DNA of 64,000 bases. Origin: Candidatus Poribacteria bacterium (GTDB lineage: Bacteria; Poribacteria; WGA-4E; UBA9662). This document shows positions 19,113 through 28,943 of the stretch, in pieces (the first letter of the stretch is position 1; each line of letters opens with the position of its first letter). The translations under genes were made by a program, and so were the position numbers. The DNA is taken from the NCBI GenBank assembly GCA_030748495.1, contig JASMLX010000012.1, positions 1,411-65,410 on the forward strand, in the 5' to 3' direction. Below the pieces are notes generated by a model. That model had not been told where the DNA came from and made no database searches. It saw only the letters and a list, made by a program, of their open reading frames with translations.

Positions 19113-20429
19113 ATGGACGAAGTTGGACAACATTGGCCCCAGATCGCAGGATTGGGGCTACTTCTCTTGTTATCCGCTTTTTTTTCTGGATCGGAAACCG
19201 CACTTTGTGCTTTGAGCCGCACTCAACTGGAGCGGTTCCGGCTAGAAGACAAAAAGAGTAGTCTTGCGATTGTCCGTTTTTTAGACAACCCCCACCGGTT
19301 ATTCATTACTGTTCTGCTCGGTAATACCTTCATCAACACCGCCTTCGCCACTATCACGGCTTCATTAATCGGCACTTCTGGCTTTCAGTTTGTTATCGGC
19401 GCGATCCTAATCACCTTTCTGCTACTGATTTTTGGTGAGGTTACCCCTAAAACTTATGCTATCGAACATGCGGAGCAGTGGGCGCGCTTGATAGCTCGTC
19501 CACTTTGGTCGTTCTCTATCTTGATCTCCCCCTTTCGTTCTGTACTTCGGGTTATCATCAATCTACTTATACCGATCTTCGACAGAAACGGGAGTCCTGC
19601 TGAAAAAAGAATTACCACCGCAGACCTGAAGGAACTAGTTAGCAGCCACGACAGCGGACTACAGACCAGCGAACGAGACCTACTGAGCAAAATTCTGCAA
19701 CTGTCCGAGATCGAAGCCAAAGAGGTTATGATACCTCGAACTAGCATGATTTCAGCCGATTCAACTGTACGAATGCAGCAACTAACACAAACCGCTCAGC
19801 AGATGGGTGTATCTCGAATTCCAATTTACCGTGGATACATCGACAACATCTGCGGCGTTTTTCACGTAAAAGATTTGCCCCATTGGTCTGATACCGAAAT
19901 TCAAGATCTAACAGTTGATAATTTTCTGAAGATGCGTCAATTATCTGGAGGCTCCAATTCGCTGATCCGTTTGCCATTTCATGTGCCTGAAACTAAAAAC
20001 ATCTCAGATTTATTACGAGAACTGGCCGAACAGAAAACAAAGATGGCAATTTTGCTAGACGAATACGGTGGTGTATCTGGGCTCGTTACACTTGAAGATC
20101 TAATCGAAGAAATTGTCGGTGACATTGTTGATGAGCACGATACTATTTTAGAGTGGCCTGAGATTCTTCCCGCCGATGACCCGGGGTATGCATTTGAGGT
20201 TTCAGGGCGAACCAGCGTCCGGGCGATTAATCAAGAACTTAGCCTAAAATTTGACGAAGACATCGCTGACACGATTGGAGGCTACGCGCTTTCCCTCTAC
20301 GGACATATCCCCTCAGTCGGTGAAACCGTAGAAGACGACAATGATATTCGCTTCGAAGTCACCGCCTCGGATGGCAACCAAATTAGTGCACTGATACTCA
20401 GACTTCCGCCAATATCCACGGAAAGCTAA
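19113..20429 (+). CDS. CNNM/HlyC-CorC family protein (DUF21 - CBS pair - CorC_HlyC)
   Basis: FFSGSETAL, GEVTPK, the CBS region, DEYGG.SGLVTLEDL.EEIVG and a C-terminal CorC domain are present. The ORF track starts at 19002, but the ATG at 19113 sits just before the first DUF21 helix and avoids overlap with eda. Confidence 0.8.
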   Translation: MDEVGQHWPQIAGLGLLLLLSAFFSGSETALCALSRTQLERFRLEDKKSSLAIVRFLDNPHRLFITVLLGNTFINTAFATITASLIGTSGFQFVIGAILITFLLLIFGEVTPKTYAIEHAEQWARLIARPLWSFSILISPFRSVLRVIINLLIPIFDRNGSPAEKRITTADLKELVSSHDSGLQTSERDLLSKILQLSEIEAKEVMIPRTSMISADSTVRMQQLTQTAQQMGVSRIPIYRGYIDNICGVFHVKDLPHWSDTEIQDLTVDNFLKMRQLSGGSNSLIRLPFHVPETKNISDLLRELAEQKTKMAILLDEYGGVSGLVTLEDLIEEIVGDIVDEHDTILEWPEILPADDPGYAFEVSGRTSVRAINQELSLKFDEDIADTIGGYALSLYGHIPSVGETVEDDNDIRFEVTASDGNQISALILRLPPISTES

Positions 20430-21856
20430 TGATACCACACTTTTTGAAGGTTTGCATCATTCTAATTTGTTGTTTTTGCCTCATCGGTGCGGCTTCAGTA
20501 CCTTTGGCTAAAAAGGCCGGGATTGGCGAAATCTTGTTTTTGTTATTGGCAACCTTGATTACACTAACAATGACAGGTTTATACGCCGGATCTGAAACAG
20601 CTTTAGTTTCAGTCGATAAAAGTTTCATTAACAAAAGACTCGCAGATGGAGATGAACGAGCAAAAATTGTCAAAACATTGACGCGGTCTCACAACCGAAT
20701 GTTAGGTATGACACTGGTCGGCACCAACATTATGCACGTAGTAACATCGGAGTTAGGACTAATTCTGGTTGTGTCTATTCTCAGTTACTCAGAAGTTACA
20801 GCGGAATTACTTCAGCACTGGCATATCAAGCCTGTTCTAGTCGCCACTGTGATTACGACTAGTTTGATTTTGGTCTTTGCCGAAATCTTACCTAAGACGA
20901 TTTTTCGAGCTCAAGCCAATAACTTATCTCTTCGATATGCCTACTACCTGAGGATCTCCGACACTATTTTTCATCCCATCGTCAGTGTAGTTACCCATCT
21001 TCCCCGTCTGTTAACGCAATATGTTGGACAGAGTCAAAAGAATGTCAACGTCAGACGAGATGAACTGCGGCTGGTGGCTACGATTGGTGAGGAGTCTGGC
21101 ACGATAGGTCGTGGACAACGACGGATGATTCATAGTGCCCTTGATTTCCAACGACAACGAGTGGAAGAAATTATGGTTCCATTGGTCGAAATAATAGCTG
21201 TTGAAAAAGGAACGAGCATTGATGATCTTTTGAAGATCTCTTCCGGGTCGGGTTATTCCCGAATCCCCGTTTACGAAGATCGGTTCTTCAACATTATCGG
21301 AGTTGTCAATGTTCTGGACGCCATTTATGCCAAATCGCAGAGTTTGGCGAGTGACCACGCTGGCGACCATTCGGCTGATGATCAGCGAGTAGTCGATGAA
21401 CTGATGAATAGTGATCTCCAGTTTGTACCTGAGTCCAAGCCCACCCATGCATTGTTACAAGATCTAAAGTCGAGTCCTCACACGATGGCTTTCGTGGTCG
21501 ATGAATATGGTGGAATTATCGGTTTGGTAACGGTAGAAGATCTGGTCGAGGAGATTGTAGGAGAACTTACCGACGAACGAGACTCCAACCGTCAAATTCG
21601 TCAAATTAGCCCCAATACGATTGAGTGTGACGGACGAACCAAGGTTGACAGACTCAATGAAGTCTTCGGTTTAGAGATTCCAACAGGAGATTATGAAACT
21701 ATTGCCGGATATTTATTGGATCTGGAGAAAACCTTGCCGACCATTGGTACACAAGTTGAAACTGCATTTCTCTACTTGACAGTTGCCAACGCCGACGCTC
21801 GCACTATCCGCCAAATTAGAATTCGAAAGAAATCTGGCCAGATCCAGAAGCAGTAA
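20429..21856 (+). CDS. Second CNNM/HlyC-CorC family paralogue
   Basis: The architecture is the same (AGSETAL, AEILPK, DEYGGIIGLVTVEDLVEEIVGE). The start overlaps the upstream stop as TAATG. Confidence 0.85.
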   Translation: MIPHFLKVCIILICCFCLIGAASVPLAKKAGIGEILFLLLATLITLTMTGLYAGSETALVSVDKSFINKRLADGDERAKIVKTLTRSHNRMLGMTLVGTNIMHVVTSELGLILVVSILSYSEVTAELLQHWHIKPVLVATVITTSLILVFAEILPKTIFRAQANNLSLRYAYYLRISDTIFHPIVSVVTHLPRLLTQYVGQSQKNVNVRRDELRLVATIGEESGTIGRGQRRMIHSALDFQRQRVEEIMVPLVEIIAVEKGTSIDDLLKISSGSGYSRIPVYEDRFFNIIGVVNVLDAIYAKSQSLASDHAGDHSADDQRVVDELMNSDLQFVPESKPTHALLQDLKSSPHTMAFVVDEYGGIIGLVTVEDLVEEIVGELTDERDSNRQIRQISPNTIECDGRTKVDRLNEVFGLEIPTGDYETIAGYLLDLEKTLPTIGTQVETAFLYLTVANADARTIRQIRIRKKSGQIQKQ

Positions 21857-21874
21857 ACAGATACTAATCCAAAA

Positions 21875-22828
21875 ATGACTCAATATCTAGTTGGCATTGA
21901 TATCGGTGGAACAAAGTTGGCAACTGTTGTCGCAGATAACAATGGCACCATTTTGCACAAAGTTCGCCAACCGACAGAAGCAGGATACGGATCCGACTAC
22001 GTGGTCAGCAAGTTGATCAAGATGGTCGATCAGACGTTGGCCTTAGTTGAAATCAGCCGGAGCCAGATCTCAGCTATTGGGATTAGTTGTGGCGGACCAT
22101 TGGACACCAAAACAGGCATTGTTTACTCCCCCCCTAATTTACCTGATTGGGATGCCGTTCCGTTAAAGAAGATTCTCACCACTGAGTTTCAAGTTCCAAC
22201 CGTAATCGAGAACGATGCTAACGCCTCGGCCTATGCTGAATGGAAATTCGGCGGCGGACAAGGCTACGATGAAGTGGTCTTTATGACCATGTCTACCGGT
22301 ATCGGGGCTGGGATTGTCTCTAAGGGACAAATCTATCATGGAGCTAGCGATTGTGCAGGTGAGGTTGGACACCAGATCTTAATCCCGAATGGTCCACTAT
22401 GTGGTTGTGGAAACCGGGGATGCTTAGAGGCTATCTGTTCGGGCCCAGCTATTGCCCGCAGGGCACAAGAGGCGATCCAGAAGCAACCTGAAACAGAGAT
22501 GCTAAAGCTTGCCGGCGGCAAAATCACAGCTGTCAAATCAGAACACGTTGTAGCAGCAGCACAGAATGGTGATCTACTAGCTTTTGATCTCATCCACCAA
22601 ACCGCCTTTTACATGGGCTGGGGAATCGCCAACCTGGTCAATATCGTCAATCCGGAAGTGGTACTCATCGGTACTATTGCAGTAGCAGCGGGAGATCTGC
22701 TCTTGGATCCGATTCGTCGAACCGTCCAGCAAATGGCCATGACTCGTCCAGCCCAGACTGTTAGAATCCTACCCGCTAAATTGGGAGATCGCATCGGAGA
22801 TCTAGCGTCTATTTCTCTGGTTATCTAA
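21875..22828 (+). CDS. ROK family sugar kinase (glucokinase / N-acetylhexosamine kinase type)
   Basis: GIDIGGTK, ENDANA.A.AE and the zinc motif GHQILIPNGPLCGCGNRGCLE are present. Confidence 0.85.
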   Translation: MTQYLVGIDIGGTKLATVVADNNGTILHKVRQPTEAGYGSDYVVSKLIKMVDQTLALVEISRSQISAIGISCGGPLDTKTGIVYSPPNLPDWDAVPLKKILTTEFQVPTVIENDANASAYAEWKFGGGQGYDEVVFMTMSTGIGAGIVSKGQIYHGASDCAGEVGHQILIPNGPLCGCGNRGCLEAICSGPAIARRAQEAIQKQPETEMLKLAGGKITAVKSEHVVAAAQNGDLLAFDLIHQTAFYMGWGIANLVNIVNPEVVLIGTIAVAAGDLLLDPIRRTVQQMAMTRPAQTVRILPAKLGDRIGDLASISLVI

Positions 22829-22864
22829 TTTTCAAATGTAAGTCTTTTTTGGAGGAACAACTGT

Positions 22865-23860
22865 TTGGGACAACCTGTTTTTGATCGTTCTCAACTTCAA
22901 ATTCTATCTCTTTCAGATCGTCAGCACAAAATGACGGTTGACGATATCTATCAACTTGATAGCCAGACCCCACCCTACGACAACCCAAACCTACCTCGAA
23001 TCGCCAAATGTACGATCGAAGCCAGTCGGACCGGTCGTGCAGTGATCTGGATGATGGGGGCGCATGTCATGCGACGTGGTAACTCGCGCCTGATCATCGA
23101 CCTGATGGAGCGTGGCATCTTAACCCATTTGGCAACCAATGGAGCCACTGCCATCCACGACTTCGAGATGGCGTTGATTGGTGCTACCCTGGAGAATGTA
23201 GAACACTACATTCAAGACGGGAGGTTTGGACATTGGGAAGAGACCGGCTCCTACCTCAACCGAGCTATTATCAATGGGGCCAGGGAGAACCTCGGTTATG
23301 GGGCTTCGATTGGAAGGCTCATTGCGAATGGTCAGAAAGAGATCGATTTCCTGTATCCAGAACTGAGTATTTTTGCCAATGCCTACCGGCTCAATATACC
23401 GATTACCGTTCACAAAGGCATCGGTTACGACATCATCGACCAGCATCCGGCGGCCGACTACGGAGCAATGGGACAAACTACAGGTACCGATTTTCTGAAA
23501 TTTTCTCAGAGCGTTACTAAGCTTGAGCGAGGGGTCTTTCTTAACTTAGGTTCGGCCGTTATGGGGCCAGAGGTCTATCTCAAAAGCCTCTCCATGGCTC
23601 GAAACCTCGCGCGACAGTCAGGGAAAGAGATCCGGCATTTTTTGACGGCCAACTTCGACCTGATCGACTTTGACGATTTCCACGATGAAGGAGATCCGAC
23701 TCAAGCCCACTACTACCATCGCCCCAAAAAGACGATCCTGGTCCGCACCGTAAAAGACGGCGGTGAAAGTTACCATATTTCCGGTAATTTCGATCGTACT
23801 GTCCCCGCTCTTTATCGAGAGATTATCAAGATTTTGGAAGATCAATCTGATTTGGCTTAG
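22865..23860 (+). CDS. Conserved hypothetical protein, possibly a deoxyhypusine-synthase-like (DHS-like NAD-binding) fold
   Basis: TTG start 9 nt after GGAGG. The segment IIDLMERGILTHLATNGATAIHDFEMAL resembles the DHS V.TAGG.E.D region. The fold call is tentative. Confidence 0.35.
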   Translation: MGQPVFDRSQLQILSLSDRQHKMTVDDIYQLDSQTPPYDNPNLPRIAKCTIEASRTGRAVIWMMGAHVMRRGNSRLIIDLMERGILTHLATNGATAIHDFEMALIGATLENVEHYIQDGRFGHWEETGSYLNRAIINGARENLGYGASIGRLIANGQKEIDFLYPELSIFANAYRLNIPITVHKGIGYDIIDQHPAADYGAMGQTTGTDFLKFSQSVTKLERGVFLNLGSAVMGPEVYLKSLSMARNLARQSGKEIRHFLTANFDLIDFDDFHDEGDPTQAHYYHRPKKTILVRTVKDGGESYHISGNFDRTVPALYREIIKILEDQSDLA

Positions 23861-23935
23861 TCGGGTTCCCACTCAGCAAGCTGACAGATCTACACCTACT
23901 CATCTACACCTAATCACTGTACAAAGGAGAATGAC

Positions 23936-24874
23936 TTGAAACTGTTTTCTGGATTAATGGGCATGGTCATCTGTTCTAACTTAGTCTGGGCTGGTTTGGC
24001 TGAGAGGCTAGGCTACGACGAGCAGGCTAAAATACTGATCATCCACGCCGATGACGCTGGCATGTGTCACTCTGTCAATCAGGCTACCTTAACTGCCATG
24101 AAGGAAGGAGCAGTTACTTCGGCTGCTGCCATGGTTCCTCCGGCTTGGTTCCCGGAGATGGCTTCCTGGGCTAGGGCAAATCCGGAACTGGACTTGGGCT
24201 TACACCTGACCTTAACTAGCGAATGGAAGCATTACCGGTGGCAACCAGTAGCGGATCCAAGTCTGGTTCCCGGTCTGATTGACGAGGAAGGGTTCATGTG
24301 GCGGTCTGTGGCCGAGGTCGTCGCCAACGCGACCCCAGCCGAAATCGAAACAGAAATCAGAGCCCAAATCGACCGTGCTATTGCTTTTGGGATAAACCCG
24401 ACTCACGTCGACACCCACATGGGAACGCTTTTTGCCACGCCCGAATTCTTATCGATTTATCTCAAAACAGCAATGGACTACGGTATTCCGCCGATGATGC
24501 CAGATCCAAACGCACCACAGGTCAAACAGCTAATGGCTGCGAGAGGACTACAATATCCCGAAACATTACTCGATCGCCTGGTGGCTCTGGGTATACCGCT
24601 ACTCGATTCTCTGAATACCGGTGAAGAGGGAGATACCTATCAGGAACGAAAAACCGCCTACCACGAGGCTATTCGAGGCCTTCAGCCTGGCGTCACAGAA
24701 ATTATCGTCCACCTTTCTGGAGAGGATCAAGAGATCCGCCATATTTCTAACAGCTGGCAAGCACGAAACCATGAGTTTCTTATTTTTACCGACTCAGACA
24801 CGATTGCGCTAATTGAGTCACTTGGTATCCACCTGATCGGCTGGCAAGAGATTAAAGATCTAATTCAGAAATAA
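23936..24874 (+). CDS. YdjC/ChbG family carbohydrate deacetylase with signal peptide
   Basis: LIIHADDAGMCHSVNQA and THVDTHMG motifs. TTG start after AAGGAGA. Confidence 0.8.
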   Translation: MKLFSGLMGMVICSNLVWAGLAERLGYDEQAKILIIHADDAGMCHSVNQATLTAMKEGAVTSAAAMVPPAWFPEMASWARANPELDLGLHLTLTSEWKHYRWQPVADPSLVPGLIDEEGFMWRSVAEVVANATPAEIETEIRAQIDRAIAFGINPTHVDTHMGTLFATPEFLSIYLKTAMDYGIPPMMPDPNAPQVKQLMAARGLQYPETLLDRLVALGIPLLDSLNTGEEGDTYQERKTAYHEAIRGLQPGVTEIIVHLSGEDQEIRHISNSWQARNHEFLIFTDSDTIALIESLGIHLIGWQEIKDLIQK

Positions 24875-24899
24875 AACAAAATAAAATAAAATAAAATAA
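24872..24899. repeat. Pentanucleotide microsatellite (YAAAA)x5
   Basis: The sequence reads TAAAA CAAAA TAAAA TAAAA TAAAA TAA. Its first three nt are the stop codon of 23936..24874. Confidence 0.9.
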
Positions 24900-24924
24900 T
24901 AGTAAAAGGCCACTAGATAAAGTG

Positions 24925-24953
24925 TTGACTATTTGATTCAATTTTGTTAGGCT
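24925..24953 (+). promoter_or_regulatory. Sigma-70-like promoter upstream of the first LamG gene
   Basis: TTGACT-17 nt-TAGGCT, about 45 nt upstream of the ATG at 24997. Confidence 0.35.
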
Positions 24954-24996
24954 ATCTAATTGAGTCCATTTGAAAGATTAAGAAGGAGTATGAAAA

Positions 24997-25803
24997 ATGA
25001 GTAAACGTTTCCGGTTGGTCTTCGCTAGCCTGTCTTTACTGCTACTCTTAGCTGTTTTACCAGGTCAAACTAAGGTCAAAAACTTGAAAGATTCGGCTGT
25101 CGGCATCTGGTTATTTGAAGGTGATGCTCAAGATGCGAGCGGCAACAACAATCACGGCACACTTGAAAAAGGGGCCACCTTCAGCGATAGCGGAAAAGTT
25201 GGCAAAGCCTTGAGCCTGGATGGCAAAGATGATTACGTGAGCGTGAAATCCTCTTCCAGCCTGGATAGCGCGGCCAAACAGGCCACCATCATGGCTTGGA
25301 TCAAATTTGATAAACCGGGTAAGCAGCGTAATCAGTGTTGTTTCGACGATCAATTTGTTGTTGGTTACGTTGGATGGAAAAACCTCCTCAATGTTTTCGG
25401 TGCCGGTCGCAACACCAATCAGGGAAAAGTAGAGATTGGTAGCGGTCAACTAAAGCCGAGTTGGAGTTCTAGTCCCAAAAGTGTCAACGATAACAAATGG
25501 CACCATCTGGCCTTTGCTTACGACGGCAAGAAGAAACTTCTCTATATCGATGGAGAAGTTGATATTGATAAGGCGGCCACTGGTGAATTCGGTGTCAAAG
25601 GAGTTAATGTGATTATCGGTGGCGCGGTTACTGAGCGCTTTGCCATGGGTCTAATTGACGAAGTGGCTATATTTAATACCGCCTTAACTGCTAATGACGT
25701 CAAGGGAATTATCAAAGGCGGAATGGCTAGTGTGCTAGGAACCACCGCCGTTTCACCCAAGGGCCGACTGACCACCACCTGGTCTTCAATCAAATCCCAA
25801 TAA
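24997..25803 (+). CDS. Exported LamG/concanavalin-A-like jelly-roll protein (pair A, member 1), tail RLTTTWSSIKSQ
   Basis: Signal peptide present. LamG_3-type motifs are W.FEGD..D.SGNNN.G, GK.GKALSLDGKDDYV, WHHLAFAYDGKK..LYIDG and GLIDEVAIFN.AL. Confidence 0.85.
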   Translation: MSKRFRLVFASLSLLLLLAVLPGQTKVKNLKDSAVGIWLFEGDAQDASGNNNHGTLEKGATFSDSGKVGKALSLDGKDDYVSVKSSSSLDSAAKQATIMAWIKFDKPGKQRNQCCFDDQFVVGYVGWKNLLNVFGAGRNTNQGKVEIGSGQLKPSWSSSPKSVNDNKWHHLAFAYDGKKKLLYIDGEVDIDKAATGEFGVKGVNVIIGGAVTERFAMGLIDEVAIFNTALTANDVKGIIKGGMASVLGTTAVSPKGRLTTTWSSIKSQ

Positions 25804-25811
25804 GATCCCCA

Positions 25812-25847
25812 GATGAAGTGTTCCCATAACGATGGGAACACTTCATC
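25812..25847 (+). terminator. 16-bp perfect hairpin after the first LamG gene (terminator-like, no U-tract)
   Basis: GATGAAGTGTTCCCAT-AACG-ATGGGAACACTTCATC, beginning 9 nt after the stop codon. Confidence 0.5.
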
Positions 25848-25892
25848 CTACGTATGTAGCCTAACTGCAGAGAAATAGGAGAATAACATAAA

Positions 25893-26696
25893 ATGAAGTT
25901 ACGCCTATTAAAACTTCAGATCTACTTACTAATTTTGGTCTTGATTGGTTCTATTCAAAGCTATGGTGCCATTGATCCCAAAACAGCGGTCGCCGTTTGG
26001 CTGTTTGAAGGAGATCTCAAGGACGGTACAGAAAATAATAATAGCGGTAAATTCAAAAATGGAGCCAAAATTGCCGATGGGGGAAAATTTGGCAAAGCCT
26101 TGAGCCTAGATGGGAAAGACGATTACGTGGTGGTTGCCCCTTCAAAAAGCCTGGAGAGTTCAGACGAAAAGTATACCGGTACCGCCTGGGTTAAACTGGA
26201 TAAGCCTGGCAAGCAGCGCAACGATTGCTGTTTTGACGACCAGTTTATTGTCGGTTGGGTACCTGGCTGGCATAATATCGTCAATGTTTTTGGTGCTGGC
26301 CGCAATGCCAATCAAGGGAAAGTCGAGATTGGCAGTAATGAATTGAATCCACGATGGAGTTTTAGCCCTAAAAGTGTCAATGATGGCAAGTGGCATCATC
26401 TGGCCTTTGCTTATACTGGTAAGAAAAAGATCCTCTATATCGATGGAGTTGCCGATATCGATAGAGCCGCCACCGGTATTTTTGGTGTCAAAGGATTTGA
26501 GGTTACCATCGGTGGGGCAATTACAGAGAGATTTGCCATGGGTCTGATCGATGATGTTGGGATTTTTAACGTAGCGCTCTCCAAAGCTGATGTTAAAACA
26601 GTAATGGACAAAGGGTTAGGCCGGTCACTAGGGATACTACCTGTTATGCCTAAGAATCAATTGACAACCGTCTGGGCTAGAATCAAATCCAACTAA
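25893..26696 (+). CDS. Exported LamG-like protein (pair A, member 2), tail QLTTVWARIKSN
   Basis: Collinear with 24997..25803 and, by eye, identical at about two-thirds of positions. The unusual KPGKQRN.CCFDDQF segment is shared. Confidence 0.85.
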   Translation: MKLRLLKLQIYLLILVLIGSIQSYGAIDPKTAVAVWLFEGDLKDGTENNNSGKFKNGAKIADGGKFGKALSLDGKDDYVVVAPSKSLESSDEKYTGTAWVKLDKPGKQRNDCCFDDQFIVGWVPGWHNIVNVFGAGRNANQGKVEIGSNELNPRWSFSPKSVNDGKWHHLAFAYTGKKKILYIDGVADIDRAATGIFGVKGFEVTIGGAITERFAMGLIDDVGIFNVALSKADVKTVMDKGLGRSLGILPVMPKNQLTTVWARIKSN

Positions 26697-26938
26697 CCCA
26701 CCCGTACTAACAACTACCCATATTTTCTCAGCCCCCCATAAAAGACTGTCTGGCCGTTAGATAGCCCTATTAGGAACGGGTCAGAACGAGAATCCAGATA
26801 ACAGCATCCCGGTTAGCAACCAAGGCACTCTATTTTGACTTTCTTGGGGGTTTATATGTTATTATTTGCCGAGGTAGTCAGATTGCGTTCAACCATTTGC
26901 TGCTAAACGGTAGTGTTTGTAGGCCGTGAGTTTGTAAC

Positions 26939-27104
26939 TATTCGCTTTAGCTTTGATTTAGCAAGGAGCATTTTCCGCTCTTACACTAAAGTTATGAATT
27001 TCACCAGCGAGTAAAACGCCCGTACCTCTGTTTATACGATCTCTACGAGCAGATTGTGTAAGGATGATCCGATCTCAATTTGATTTATAAGGAGAGTTGT
27101 TTCA
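26939..27104 (+). promoter_or_regulatory. Conserved ~165-nt 5' leader, copy 1 (upstream of 27105)
   Basis: It shares blocks with 28779..28943: CTATTCG.TTTAG.TTTGATTTAGC, GCATTTTCCGCTCTTA and TGTG.AAGGATGATCCGATCTCAATTT.ATTT..AAGGAGA..TGTTTCAATG. Confidence 0.6.
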
Positions 27105-27926
27105 ATGCTACACCCTTTCACTATGAAAATTTCAAAGGCTGTTTTCTTCGTTTCACTAATCTGTTTTGTTGCTCACATTAGCTGTAATCAAGCTGAAGCC
27201 GGCATCAAGGCCGGTATTACCAAAGAGGATATTGTTGCCCTCTGGCTGTTTGACGACAGCTCTGGTGACACCTTAAAAGATTCGTCCGGAAATGGTAACG
27301 ACGGTAAATTAATCGAAGGTCCAACTTGGGACAAAGGTAAGTTCGGCGGTGCACTCAAGTTCGACGCCAACAAGAAACAGCGGGTCAAGGTCGAAAATAG
27401 TGATTCCTTAAACTTAACCGATCAAGTCAGTATTCTGGCCTGGGGATTGGTCAGTGATACAACCGGCAACCGCCGCTTTCTGCAAAAATCGACCGAAGGG
27501 TCGGATAACCAATATCGGTTGTTGCGTGAAGGTGGTTTCTTCCGCTTCGATGCAGGACCAGGTGTCAGCAATAGCCGCGTCCAATCGCCGATGTTCAAGG
27601 AAAAAGAGTGGCACCACGTAGCAGGTGTCTATGATGGCAAGACAACCGCCATCTATATCGATGCGAAACAAACAGCTTCGCAAGAATCGACGGGTAAGAT
27701 GAAGCCTTCCGATGGCCCACTGTTTATTGGTACCAAGCATCCGGGAGCCCCAAATGGTGACTACTGGATGGGTATGATTGACGAAGTAGCAATTATTAAT
27801 CGAGCCGTGACGACGACAGAATTGGCCCAAGCCATGAAAGGGTTTGGCCAGATTCTAAATACCACGGCCGTTGGTGCTGCAGGTAAAATGGCAACCACTT
27901 GGGGACAAATTAAATCTTCTTACTAG
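27105..27926 (+). CDS. Exported LamG-like protein (pair B, member 1), tail KMATTWGQIKSSY
   Basis: Signal peptide present. Motifs include LWLFDDSSGDTLKDSSGNGNDGKLIEGPTWDKGKFGGALKF, WHHVAGVYDGKT.AIYID and MIDEVAIINRA. Confidence 0.85.
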   Translation: MLHPFTMKISKAVFFVSLICFVAHISCNQAEAGIKAGITKEDIVALWLFDDSSGDTLKDSSGNGNDGKLIEGPTWDKGKFGGALKFDANKKQRVKVENSDSLNLTDQVSILAWGLVSDTTGNRRFLQKSTEGSDNQYRLLREGGFFRFDAGPGVSNSRVQSPMFKEKEWHHVAGVYDGKTTAIYIDAKQTASQESTGKMKPSDGPLFIGTKHPGAPNGDYWMGMIDEVAIINRAVTTTELAQAMKGFGQILNTTAVGAAGKMATTWGQIKSSY

Positions 27927-27944
27927 AAGTTTCTTGTCAGATAA

Positions 27945-28721
27945 ATGCGAAAACGTAATTTAGGATTGCTGGTTTTCTGTTTGTTGGTTCTTATCACTGT
28001 CAACGGTGGTGCAAAAATTAAGAAGGGGGAGATTGTAGCCCTCTGGCTGTTTAATGATGGATCCGGTAAAACACTGAAAGATTCATCGGGTAACGGCAAT
28101 CATGGCAAACTGATCGAAGGTCCAACCTGGGACAAGGGTAAGTTCGGTGGTGCGCTCAAGTTTAACTCGGGCAAACGACAGCGGGTCAAGGTTGAAAATG
28201 CTGATTCCTTGAATTTGACTGACCAAATTAGCATTTTAGCCTGGGGACTGGTCAGCGATACAACCGGCAACCGTCGGTTCGTCCAAAAATCGACCGAAGG
28301 ATCAGACAACCAATACCGTTTACTCCGAGAAGGAGGGTTCTTTCGTTTCGATGCGGGGCCAGGTGTCAGCAATAGTCGAGTCCAATGTCCGATGTTTAAG
28401 GAAAAAGAGTGGCATCACGTAGCCGGAATCTACAATGGTAAAACCACCGCCCTTTACATCGATGGCAAACAGGCAGCGGAGCAAAAATCGACGGGTAAAA
28501 TGGTGCCTTCGACGGGGCCACTGTTTATCGGCACCAAGCATCCTGGCGCGCCGGAAGGCGACTACTGGAATGGTCTGATCGATGAGGTCGCCATCATCAA
28601 TCGAGCTGTGACGACGGTAGAATTGGCCCAGGCTATGAAGGGGTTTGCATCGGTGATGCCAGTCGATGCCAGTGGCAAAATCGCTATTACCTGGGGACGG
28701 CTCAAAACCGATTATCACTAA
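27945..28721 (+). CDS. Exported LamG-like protein (pair B, member 2), tail KIAITWGRLKTDYH
   Basis: Most positions are identical to 27105..27926 at protein level, while many third-codon positions differ at DNA level. Confidence 0.85.
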   Translation: MRKRNLGLLVFCLLVLITVNGGAKIKKGEIVALWLFNDGSGKTLKDSSGNGNHGKLIEGPTWDKGKFGGALKFNSGKRQRVKVENADSLNLTDQISILAWGLVSDTTGNRRFVQKSTEGSDNQYRLLREGGFFRFDAGPGVSNSRVQCPMFKEKEWHHVAGIYNGKTTALYIDGKQAAEQKSTGKMVPSTGPLFIGTKHPGAPEGDYWNGLIDEVAIINRAVTTVELAQAMKGFASVMPVDASGKIAITWGRLKTDYH

Positions 28722-28778
28722 AGTATCCAGTTTCGTCAAGCTGTCCTTACCATCGTATTGGGATATTAGGAACTGTGC

Positions 28779-28943
28779 CTATTCGTTTTAGTTTTGATTT
28801 AGCGGAGCGCATTTTCCGCTCTTAACTAATATGATTTTTACTCAGTGGATATGATGCGCATATATCCGTTAACGGACATCTCCATGCGCGATCTGTGCAA
28901 GGATGATCCGATCTCAATTTAATTTGCAAGGAGAAATGTTTCA
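28779..28943 (+). promoter_or_regulatory. Conserved ~165-nt 5' leader, copy 2 (upstream of 28944)
   Basis: See 26939..27104. This copy also contains a 6-bp stem AGCGGA/TCCGCT and a GGATAT/ATATCC stem. Confidence 0.6.
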
